DNA from: the human T2T-CHM13v2.0 reference genome, Homo sapiens | NCBI RefSeq assembly: GCF_009914755.1 | Contig: NC_060934.1 | Direction: 5' to 3' (one strand) | DNA length: 64,000 bases | Shown here: positions 1 through 10,078 of the stretch, one piece after another | Layout: every line of letters begins with the position of its first letter | Position numbering within the stretch: position 1 is the first letter of the stretch | Program-made: the position numbers and the translations under genes | The notes under the pieces: generated by a model | Told to the model about the DNA's origin: nothing | The model's database searches: none | The model's input: only the letters and a program-made list of their open reading frames with translations

Positions 1-460
1 AATGAAGCTAAGGTAAAGGATTGGTCATTCTTCTGGTCTGTATACATACAGGAGACAGTATTAATGTCTTTGAGTAAGATTTAAAGTGGGATCTGCTTAT
101 TTTCGTTGCCTCAAGTTCCCACAATCAGCGGGTATAGTGTCTTAAGTAAGATTTATGGTGGGGCATTGCTTATCTTAATCTCTCTAATGCCCCATTACCA
201 GTGGGCATGGCACCTGGAGCAAGATTTATGGTCAAAGGTCTGGATGGTCTACTTGGAGTCACCAATGGTCACTAGGTCCCCACCCCCATCAGCTTGCACT
301 AGATGTCCTTCCTTTCTTGGTGGGAGCACGAGGGTCGTTGATGGGAGGAGTTGAGTTCCATCCCGACTCTGTCTTATAAGGATATTATTTTCTAGAGTAA
401 ACTTAATGGCTCTCTGGTTCTTCTAGAACATAATGAATTTACTTAGCTTTCTTTGCATCA
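1..460 (-). mobile_element. Probable ERV LTR fragment (family unassigned) with a degenerate ~73-bp internal repeat
   Basis: Minus strand begins TGATGCA at 460 (LTR-like TG start). The motif AG(T/C)AAGATTTA recurs at 73, 145 and 218 (72-73 bp period), as in U3 enhancer repeats. Runs off the window edge. Confidence 0.35.
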
Positions 461-468
461 GGGCCGAT

Positions 469-557
469 TGTATTCGCTTTTTATTGCTACCGTAATAAAT
501 CACCACAAGCTTAGTGGTGATTAAAACAACAACATTTATTATCATACTCTTCTGGAG
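469..557 (-). mobile_element. MLT1 (MaLR) LTR 3'-end fragment
   Basis: TGTATTCGCTTTTTATTGCTACCGTAATAAATCACCACAAGCTTAGTGG..AAAACAACAACATTTATT resembles the reverse-complemented MLT1C/D terminus. Confidence 0.65.
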
Positions 558-592
558 CCCTCTAATCCACTGTGTTCCCATATTAACAAAAT

Positions 593-697
593 TAACAAAT
601 ATTTATTGATCCTCTACTATGGAAGAGACTTTATGTTAAGCAACCTGGTAAACAAAACAGACAAATATTCCTTCCCTTGTGGAGCTTGCTGTCTAGC
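593..697 (-). mobile_element. L2 3'-end fragment
   Basis: AACAAATATTTATTGA..CTACTAT..AACAAAACAGACAAA..GGAGCTT..GTCTAG is the typical antisense L2 tail. Confidence 0.65.
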
Positions 698-1620
698 TGT
701 TTACATTCTTAGTAGTTAAATCTAAATTCTACAATACTGCATGCCATAGTAGAAGAAAAGCAAGACACACTTAAGGTTCTCATGAAACTTTATTACTCGT
801 GATGCATTACGTGTCCCAGGTTCTAAAATTTCTAGTTAGGAGAAGAAGCATTGAACTTTTTGTTTTTTAATAAAATTAAAGAGGACTGTAAATGGTGAAT
901 AAAAATAACACTGAGGTTTAGTTTAGAATTTGAAAAAAATGCCGAATTGTATTTTCCCATTGATTTTATGATTAAAAAGGCAGCATATTACTCTGGAGAT
1001 TAGGTTGATGGTGGAGCAGTGGCTAAGAGTACTGAGGGTGCACAGTACAGGAAATCAGGCCAGAGTCTCAGGGTGTGGGTGGACTTGTGCCTGAAGCAGT
1101 CTGAGAGGAGGGTTCGGGTAGTAGCAGCTATTGAACTCTTCCTTACTTCTTTGTTTCTTGTTTCCTTCCCAATAAGGAAACATTTCTTGTCGTAGGCCTG
1201 ACACATTCAGGAATAATCTAGGTCTGTGTTATCATTTTTATACGATTTCTTCAGGCTTTAAACACAACATTGTAGAACTGAGTTTTTCTATGGAATTGAC
1301 ATTTCTTAAATAAATCCTGAGCTAAATTTTGGTCTCATCAATTCCTAGCTACAACTTGGATAAACCATTTATTGACTGAGTACTCAGTTTTGTGATTTAT
1401 GAAATGAGGACAAGTAGGATTTTTAAGATCAAATGGCCCAGTGTGTTGAATGTTCGTGAAATTGCCTAGAGAGAAACACTGGCATAAATGTATATTTCAC
1501 ATATCATTTTTTCCATAAGTAACAGATGATTGGTTACAATGAAGTGGAGAGATTTTTGTCCTTACAATGTTTATATTTTCTTGCTGAATTGAGATACACT
1601 GAGATGTGTTCTCATCTAGG

Positions 1621-1775
1621 GGCTTGGAGCAGAGACTCTGGAACCATGTAGATTTGAACAGCATCTCTGTCATTGTCCTTCTGTGTGAAAAGTGATTAAC
1701 CTCTTCATAGTTGTTTCCTCATTTATAATATGGGCATAATAATAAGCAGCTCTCTGATGTAGTTGTTGTGAGCAT
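1621..1775 (+). mobile_element. MIR SINE
   Basis: AGACTCTGGA..AAGTGATTAACCTCT..TTTCCTCATTTATAATATGGGCATAATAATA..GTTGTTGTGAG matches the MIR core. Confidence 0.6.
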
Positions 1776-1835
1776 GGTACAGTCACACACTTCACATTAT
1801 TTACATGATCTCCTTTAGCAAGTTATTTAACCTTT

Positions 1836-2141
1836 TAGTGGAGTTTAAAGCAAGCTTATACTGGCTCTATAAACCCATGAGAACTTGGTTTTTATATTTG
1901 CAAAAGTTCTGTAAGTCAATTGTTAAGTGGAGTAATTATTAAAATTAATTATGTAAATTTATAAGTCTATAACTATATACAAAATTTATAAATACTCAAA
2001 ACTCATCACTTATCATTTTACTATTATCTATTCTGTTCAGATTATTTACATCTATTAATCTGACTAGCATAAGTAATATATAATTGTGAGGTACTGTGCA
2101 CCTGTTCTCAACTCCATGTTCAGCAAAGTCATATTGGTAGC
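1836..2141 (+). mobile_element. MER63 (hAT-Blackjack) DNA transposon, truncated
   Basis: ATAAATACTCAAAACTCATCACTT..TTTTACTATTATCTA..CTCCATGTTCAG..GTCATATTGGTAG matches the recalled MER63 consensus. Confidence 0.65.
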
Positions 2142-2225
2142 CACTTAAGCTGTTCTATTAGACTCAAGTTTTCATATTTAAGGTAATTCATACTGACTTT
2201 CTGTATGGTACCCTCTAGTTTCATC

Positions 2226-3044
2226 TGTGGTTCAAAGGGGCTCAGCTCAGGCTGCTGCTTCAGAGGGTGCAAGCTCTAAGCCTTGTCAGCTTCCATGTGG
2301 TGTTAAGCCTCAGGGAGCACAGAGTGCAAAAGTTGAGGCTTGGGAGCCTCCACCTAGATTTCACAAGTTGTATGAAAAATCCTGGATGTCCAGGCAGAAG
2401 CCTGCTACAGGGACAGAGCCTGCATGAAGAACCTCCACTAGGGCAGTGCAGAGGGGAAATAGTGGGGTTGGAGCCCCTACACAGGAGCACTGCCTAGTGT
2501 AATTGTGAGAAGGTCATTGTCATCCAGACCCCAGAATGGAATATCCACTGACAGCTTGCACCATACACCTGGAGCAGCCACAGACACTCAATACCAACCC
2601 ATAAAAGCAGCCACAGAGACTGAACTCTGCAAGGTCACAGAGGCAGGGTTTCCTAAGGCTTTGAGAAACTACCCCTCACCTCAGTGTTCCCTGGATGTGG
2701 GATATGAAGTCAAAGGAGATTATTTTGGAGCTTTAACATTAAATGGCTGTCCTGCTGTGTTTCAGGCTTGCATGGGGCCTGCAACCCCTTTCTTTTGGCC
2801 ATTTCACCTTTTTGGAATGAGAATATTTACCCAATTCCTTTATCTCCATTGTATCTTGGAAATAACTAACTTGTTTTTTATTTTACAGGCTCGTAGGCAG
2901 AAGGGACTAGACTTGTCTCAGATGAGATTTTGGGCTTTGAGTTAATGCTGGAATGAGTTAAGACTTTGGGGGACTGTTGGAAGGTATGATTGTATTTTGT
3001 AATGTGAGAAAGACAAGTGATTTTGTGGGAGGGCAGAGTCAAAA
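2226..3044 (+). mobile_element. MST-int (MaLR internal region), 3' part only
   Basis: Homologous to THE1-int at 6720-7544 (CAGGCTG..GCTTCAGAGGGTGCAAGC; TCCACTGACAGCTTGCAC; GAGTTAAGACTTTGGGG). ORFs 2227-2427 and 2505-2945 are decayed MaLR ORF pieces. A purine-rich PPT precedes the LTR. Confidence 0.85.
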
Positions 3045-3467
3045 TGATAGGTTTGGATTGTGTTCCCACCTAAATCTCATGTCAAATTGTAATCCCAATT
3101 GTTAGAGGTGGGAACTGATGGGAAGTGATTAGATCATAGGGGCAGAGTTCTCATAAATGTCTTGGCACCATAACGTCAGTGTCGTTCTTGTGATAGTGAA
3201 TGACTGAGTTATATCCAATATCTGATAGTTTTAAAAGTGTGTAGCACCTCCCTCCTCTCTCTCTCGCTCCTGGTCAGGCCATGTAAGATGAGCCTGCTTT
3301 CCCTTTACCTTCTGCCATGACTGTAAGTTTCCTCAGGCCTCCCCAGAAGAAGCTGCTATATACTTCCTGTATGACCTCTAGAACCGTGAGCCAATTAAAC
3401 TTCTTTTCTTTATTAATTACCTAATCTCAGGTATTTATTTATAGCAGTGTGAGAACAGACTAATACA
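3045..3467 (+). mobile_element. MSTA-like LTR (3' LTR of a truncated MaLR element)
   Basis: TGATAGGTTTGG...GACTAATACA termini, ATTAAA polyA signal, and CCTCCCCAGAAG..CTTCCTGTA..GAACCGTGAGCCAATTAAAC. Confidence 0.85.
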
Positions 3468-3469
3468 AA

Positions 3470-4815
3470 TAGTTTCACTGACCTAAAATGTTCTGTGGTT
3501 TGACTGTTTCTCTCTCCTTCTCCTCAATGTCAGATAATCCCTACTCTTTTCACATTTTCAGTTTTGCCTTTTCCAGAACTGTTATCTAGTTAGACTATTA
3601 TATAGTATGTAACATTTTCAGATTGCTTTCTGTCACTTAGCAGTATCCATTTAAGTTTTCTTCATGTTTTTCAAGGCTTGATAGATTTGATTTGATTTGA
3701 TTTTTTTATTACTGAGTAGTATTTCAGTGTACCAAAGTTCTTTATACAGTGATCTACTGAAAACATCTTGATTGTTTTCAGTTGTTATCAGTTATGACTA
3801 AAGCTGCTATAAACATTGATGAATTGTGTATAGGTCATAGTTATCCAAATTCATTTGGATAAAAATCAAGGAGCATAATCACTGGATTGTATGGCATGTT
3901 TGGTTTTGTAACAAACTCCCAAATTACCTTCTAAAGTGGCTAAAACATTTTGCATTCTCACTAGCAATGACAGAGAGTTCCTGTGACTCCACGTTCTCAA
4001 AACCCTTTGTTGCTGTCAACATTTTGGATTGTATCTAATAGGTATGTAGCAATATGATATGGCATTATTTTAACTTCAATTCCCTAGTGACATAAGATGT
4101 TGAACATTTTTTTCATATGCTTATTTGCCATCTGTACATCTTCTTCAGTGAGGTATCTATTGAGAACTTTTGCCCAGTTTTTGTTTGTTTTCTTATTCTT
4201 CAGTTTTAAGTTTTTTGTATATTTTAGATGCCAATTATTTATCAGACAACTGTTTGCAAAGATTTTTTTTACCAGATGTTTCTTGTCTTTTCAATATGTT
4301 AACAGTGTTTTTGATAGAGAAGAAGTTTTTAATTTTAATGAAGCCCAATTTAACAATTTTTTTCCTAGACAGCTTTTGGTGTTGTATCTAAAGTCATCAC
4401 CAAACAAAAGGTCCCCTAAATTTTCTTCTTTGTTATTTTCTGTAAGATTTATAGTTTTTAATCTTGCATTTAGAGATGTACTTTGAGTTAATTTTTGCGA
4501 AAGATGAAAAATCTGTTTGACTAGATTCACCTTTTACATGTAAATGTTAATTTTTTTTCCAGAAAAATTTGTTTAAATGACTACACTTTTAAAATTTAAT
4601 TGCCTTTACTCTTGTTGAGTATATTTATGTGGACTATATTTATGTGGGTCTATTTGGGGGCTCTGTATTTTATATTTTTTATCTATTTGTCTCTAGTTTT
4701 GTTCATACTACACCATCTTAATTACTATAGCTTTATAGCAACTTTTGAAGTCTGGTGCCATTTGACCTCTGACTTTGCTCTCATTCAATATTATGCTGGT
4801 TATTCTAGGTTTCAT
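3470..4815 (-). mobile_element. Old L1 (L1MC1/2-like) ORF2 C-terminus and 3'UTR
   Basis: AGTTTCACTG..GTTTTGCCTTTTCCAGAA..TTCAGATTGCTTTCTGTCACTTAG. Minus ORF 4291-4530 (LKTINLTENNKEENLGDL) resembles the L1 ORF2 C-terminal region. Confidence 0.75.
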
Positions 4816-5572
4816 ATTTTATTTTTAATAAGAATTTCCTAACAACTCTATAATTATCCCTTTACTAGCATGAATTTTGAAGATACAGTTTCTCTCTCTA
4901 ACACATTACTGTTTTTTTGTTATTGGCAATAATTTCCTCACTTCTACTCCTCTAGTGAATACAGACTCACTAAAGTGGAATAAGGGATTATATATCAGTA
5001 TTATACTCTTTGCTTCTAAAACATTAAAGCTAGATTTTTTACATTGCAGTCCAAATTATAGCATCAAAGCTAATTATATATTTATATTCCTACTTTTTAA
5101 TTCAAATTAAACGTTTGGCATTGAAAACAACAACATACAAATCAGAACAATCTACTAACTCAAGACATACTAATCTGTTCATCCACATTTCATCTTCTAT
5201 GAACAACTATGGTTGATATGCTTTTTACTTTCATTAACTCAACTGAAAAAGGTATTTAAATTGATCTTTTGTTATCCTATTCTTTTGAGTCTAAGACTTC
5301 TCCCTAGAATCCTTCTTACTTGTCTGAGGCTGCATTTATTTTCATTTGCCCAGAACACACATTAGGTATATTTATCTTTCTCAAACAATTGGTGCTTATA
5401 ACTATATTTTCTCAGGAAGACCTTACTTTATCAATTTTTCTTCTTTCATAAATATCTCTGTTGAGATGAGATTTTAGAAAAAGCTCTATTGTTAGGAGTC
5501 CAGAAGGTTCTAAAAAATTACGAGTGTTTTAACTGAAATTATGCAACTTGTAAAAATATGAAGTGAGATGAG

Positions 5573-7915
5573 TGATATGGTTTTGCTATGTCCCCACCCA
5601 AATCTCATTTTGAATTATAATTCCAATAATCTCCACATGTCATGGGAGGGACCTGGTGGGAGGTAACTGAATCATTGGGGTGTTTTTCCCATGCTGTTCT
5701 CTTAATAGTGAATAAGTCTCATAAGATCTGATGGTTTAATAAAGGGCAGTTTCTCTACTCACACACTCCATTCTGCCACCCTATGAAGAAGGTGCCTTGC
5801 TTCCCCTTAGTATTCCACCATAACTGTAAGTTTTCTGAGGCCTCCCCAGCTATGCTGAACTGTGAGTCAATTAAACCTCTCTCCTTTATAAATTACCCGA
5901 TCTCGGGTATTTCCTCATCGTAATGTGAGAATGAACAAATACAGTAAATTGATACTGGGTAGTGGAGTGCTGCTGTAAAACATCCAAAAATGTGGAAGCA
6001 ACTTTGGAACTCATTAACAGAAAGAGGTTGGAACAGTTTTTAGGGCTCAAGACAGGAAGATGTAGGAAAGTTTGGAGCTTCCTAGAGATTTGTTGAAAGA
6101 TTTTGACCAAAATGCTGATAGTGATATGGACAATAAAGTCCAGGCTAAGGTGGTCTCAGATGGAGGTGAGAAACTTATTGGGAACTCGAACAAAGGTGAT
6201 TCTTGCTATGCTTTAGCAAAGAGACTGGCAGCATTTGACTCCTGCCCTAGAGATCTGTGGAAATTGGAACATGAGATAAATGAGTTAGGGTATCTGATGG
6301 AAGAAATTTCTAAGTAGCAGGGCATTCAAGATTTGACTTGGGTGCTCTTAAAAGCATTCAGTTATATTCATTCACAAAGATAAGGTTTGGAATTGGAAAT
6401 TATATTTAAAAGGGAAGCACAGCATAAAAGTTCAAAAACTTTTGCAGCCTGACAATGCAGTAGAAAAGAAAAACCCATTTTCTGAGGAGAAATTCAAGCC
6501 AGCTGCAGAAATTTGCACAAGTAATCAGGAGCCAAATGTTAATTACCAAGACAATGGGGAAAATGTCTCCAGGGCAAGTCTTCACAGCAGCTTCTCCCAT
6601 CACAAGTGGAGAAGCCTAGGAGGAAAAACTCATTTCATAGGCCAGGCCCAGGGCATTGCTGCATTATGCAGTTTCAAGACTTGGAGCCCTGTGTCTCAGC
6701 CATGGCTAAAACAGACTAATATACAGCTCAGGCTGTTGCTTCAGAGGGTGCAAGCCCCAAGCTTTTGCAGCTTCCAAATTGTGTTGAGCCTGCAAGTGCA
6801 CAGAAGTCAAGAATTGAAGTTTTAGAACCTCAACCTAGATTTCAGAGGATGTATGGAAATGCCTGGATGTCCAGGCAGAGGTATGCTGCGGGGCACAGCC
6901 CTTACAGAGAACTTCTGCTAGCATAGTACAGAAGGGAAATGTGAAGTTGGAGCCCCCACACAGAGTCCCCAATGGGCTACTGCCAAGTGGAGCTGTGAAA
7001 AGAGGGCCACTGTCCTCCAGACCCCAGAATATTAGATCCACTGACAGCTTGCACTGCGAGCCTGGAAAAGTTGCAGACACTCAATGCCAGCCTGTAAAAG
7101 CAGCTAGAATAGGGAGCTGTACCCTGCAAAGCCACAGGGGTGGAGCTGTCCAAGACCATGGGAGCCCACTTCTTGCATCACTGGGACTTGGACGTAAGAC
7201 ATGGAGCCAAAGGAGATCATTTTGGAGCTTTAAGGTTTAATGACTGCCTTATTGGATTTCAGAGTTGCATGGGGCCTGTGGCCCCTTTGTTTTGGCTAAT
7301 TTCTTCCATTTGGAACTGGCGTATTTATCCAATGCCTGTACCCCCATTGTATCTAGGAAGTAACTAACTTGCTTTTGATTTTACAGGCTCATAAGCAGAA
7401 GATACTTGCCTTGTCTCAGACAAAACTTTGAACTTGGACTTTTGAGTTAATGCTGAAATGAGTTAAGACTTTGGGGTACTGTTTGGAAGGCATGATTGAT
7501 TTTAAATATGAAGGCATGAGATTTGCAAGGGGCCAGGGGTAGAATAATATGGTTTGGCTGTTTTCCCACCCAAATCTGATCTTGATTTGTAGCTCCCATA
7601 ATCGCCACATGTCATGAGAGGGACCTGGTTGGAGGTAATTCAATCATGTGGGTAGGTTTTTCCATACTGTTCTCATGACAGTGAATAAATCTCATGAGAT
7701 CTGATAGTTTTATAAAGGGCAATTCCCCACCTCACTCACTACATTCTCCTGCCCTGTGAAGAAGGTGCCTTGGTTCCCCTTTGCCTTCTACCGTGATTGT
7801 AAGTTTCCTGAGGCCTCCCCAGCCACGCTGAACTGTGAGTCAATTAAAGCTTTCTTCCTTTTAATTACCCAGTCTTGGGTATTTCCTTACAGCAATGTGA
7901 GAATGAACTAATACA
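5573..7915 (+). mobile_element. Full-length THE1 (THE1C/D-like) MaLR element: 5' LTR 5573-5943, internal 5944-7544, 3' LTR 7545-7915
   Basis: Two ~371-bp direct repeats T(G/A)ATATGG...AATACA. 5-bp TSD ATGAG (5568-5572) / ACGAG (7916-7920), differing by one CpG transition. PPT GGGGCCAGGGGTAGAA. Fragmented internal ORFs (6072-6317, 6442-6825, 6941-7240, 7140-7367). Confidence 0.95.
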
Positions 7916-8775
7916 ACGAGGTACATGTCTAGGGAGGTAGTCACGTCACAAAGAGTGTGTTACATTCAAACCCATAATTCCCATTTTCTGTTCCATTCTT
8001 TCACTGATCAGACCTTTATGGAGATCCTGTTATTTATAAGCCCCTAAACTAGTTTTAAAGTACATAAAGATGCAACAAAGTATTTCAACTAACCCACTGT
8101 ACTTGTTGGACATGATTTATACAATATCATATTAATAAGACAATATACATTCCCATTCATTGACATATATATTATTATGACTGGCCACTCGAAATGGAAT
8201 GAATCTGAGAAGGTCATTCGTGGTTTTAGGTTCCTTGCTTATACATTATAGAGTTTGTGGCAACATTTGAACACTTATTCATTAAACACTTTTGCTTACC
8301 TGAATCCCACAATGCCTAAGGCTTGGGGAGAAATTTCACAAACAGGCCTCCAATACCCCATTTCATGGCACTGCAGCCTACTTATCACTGCCATTTATTA
8401 GAAGACAGGGAGTTACTGAATAGTGTACTCCTTAAGAGCAGGCAACCACATTAATTTTGTTTTTGTTGGTTTATTGTGGGGTGTTTTCTGCTGTCTTTGT
8501 TGTTGTTTTATTTGTATTTTTTTCCTTGTCTGTAGCACATTATCTACTTTATGGTTGGTGGTTAATGAATATTGAAGATATGTGTAAATAAATTGAATTG
8601 AGAAAGTGAATTCCTCTTGTCCTCATAGAAAATGCAGCTCTGGTTAGGCTTTTATGGAGGTGTGGGCTAAGAACTTCAAATTCTATCAGCTCAGCATTTT
8701 AGGGAACAGGAGACTGCTTTTCTCCACCTGCTTAATGATTTTTGTGTTACCGTGAGTACTCGATACAGAACCTAG

Positions 8776-9199
8776 TGTGTTAGTCCATTTTGAACTGCTA
8801 TAAAGAAATACCTGAGCTGCATAATGTAAAAGAAAAGAGGTTTATTTGGCTCATGATTCTGCAGGCTGTACAAGCATGGCACAGCATCTGCTTGGCTTCT
8901 CGTGAGGGCCTCAGGAAGCTTACAGTCATGGGAGAAGGCAAAAAGAGAGTCACACGGTGAGAGAGCAAAAGAGAGAGGAGGAGGTGTGGTATCATTTAAA
9001 CAACCAGCTATCCCTTGAACCTAGTGGAGTGAGAACTCAGTCATTACCAAAGAATGGCACTAAGCCATTCATGAGGGATCCACCCCCATGACTCAAGCAC
9101 CTCCCACTAGACCTCCTTCCAACATTGGGGATCACATTTTAATGTGAGATTTGGCTTGAACACGAGATTTGGTTAGAGATTTGCATCCAAACTATATCA
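8776..9199 (-). mobile_element. MSTB-like solo LTR
   Basis: TGTGTTAGTCCATTT...CATCCAAACTATATCA termini. GGCACTAAGCCATTCATGAGGGATCCACCCCCATGAC is typical of MST. Confidence 0.85.
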
Positions 9200-9366
9200 C
9201 ACGGGCATTGATATAAGCTGTAGGAGATGCCCTGCCTCTGTGGTGAAGATTGCTTGATGCATATGGGGCATATGGTTAGGTTTCTCTTAAAAGGAGCAGT
9301 ATATTGAAGATTGTGCTATCTTGTACTCCTTCAAAATCTAGATATGTGAAAGAATAGAACATGTCA

Positions 9367-9480
9367 GAATGTAAGCTGCACTAAGGCAGAGACATTTTTC
9401 ATTTTCTTTCACTAGTGCATCCCAAAAACCTACAGCATCTCCTAGTACATATTTGCTTCTCAATGTATAATTATTGAATT
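9367..9480 (+). mobile_element. L2 3'-end fragment
   Basis: GAATGTAAGCT..GGCAGAGAC..TTCACT..ATCCC..CCTA..CTCAAT..TTATTGAAT. Confidence 0.55.
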
Positions 9481-9870
9481 TCAAATACAAACTAGTGTTG
9501 GAGGAAGGGTGAAGAGGCAGGATGCATACAACTAAACATATAAATTCAGTTCTGAAGAAGCAAAACATAAGTAGTTGTCTATATCATCTTGTGTATTCCC
9601 ATCTCTAATGACTCAGGTATTATTTTTTTAAATTCCTGCTCACATTTTCTTTTTATATGTGTCTTCTGAATGATCATATTTTGGGCTTTGTGATTTCAAT
9701 ACATAACAGTTGTTTGAGATTAACACTTGTCCATTAACAAGATGAAATGCAAACTCTGATATTCAAAGTACTGTATAATCTGACATCCATATCCCTTTTT
9801 CAGATTTTCTTTTATTTCTCCTTAATAGCGCCTACCTATTTTAGAGAGAATTAATGACCATCAGCTTTCT

Positions 9871-10078
9871 TTTTTTTTTTTTTGAGACGGAGTCTCGCCG
9901 TCGCCCAGGCTGGAGTGCAGTGTCGCCATCTCGGCTCACTGTAGGCTCTGCCCCCCGGGTTCACGCCATTCTCCTGCCTCAGCCTCTTGAGTAGCTGGGA
10001 CTACAGGCGCCCACCACCTCACCCGGCTAATTTTTTGTACTTTTGGTAGAGACGGCGTTTCACCATGTTAGCCAGGAT
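9871..10078 (-). mobile_element. 5'-truncated AluY (AluYe-lineage diagnostics)
   Basis: PolyT followed by GAGACGGAGTCTCGCCGTCGCCC..GGGTTCACGCCATTCTCC..GTTAGCCAGGAT. Perfect 16-bp TSD TGACCATCAGCTTTCT (9855-9870 / 10079-10094). Many intact CpGs. Confidence 0.92.
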
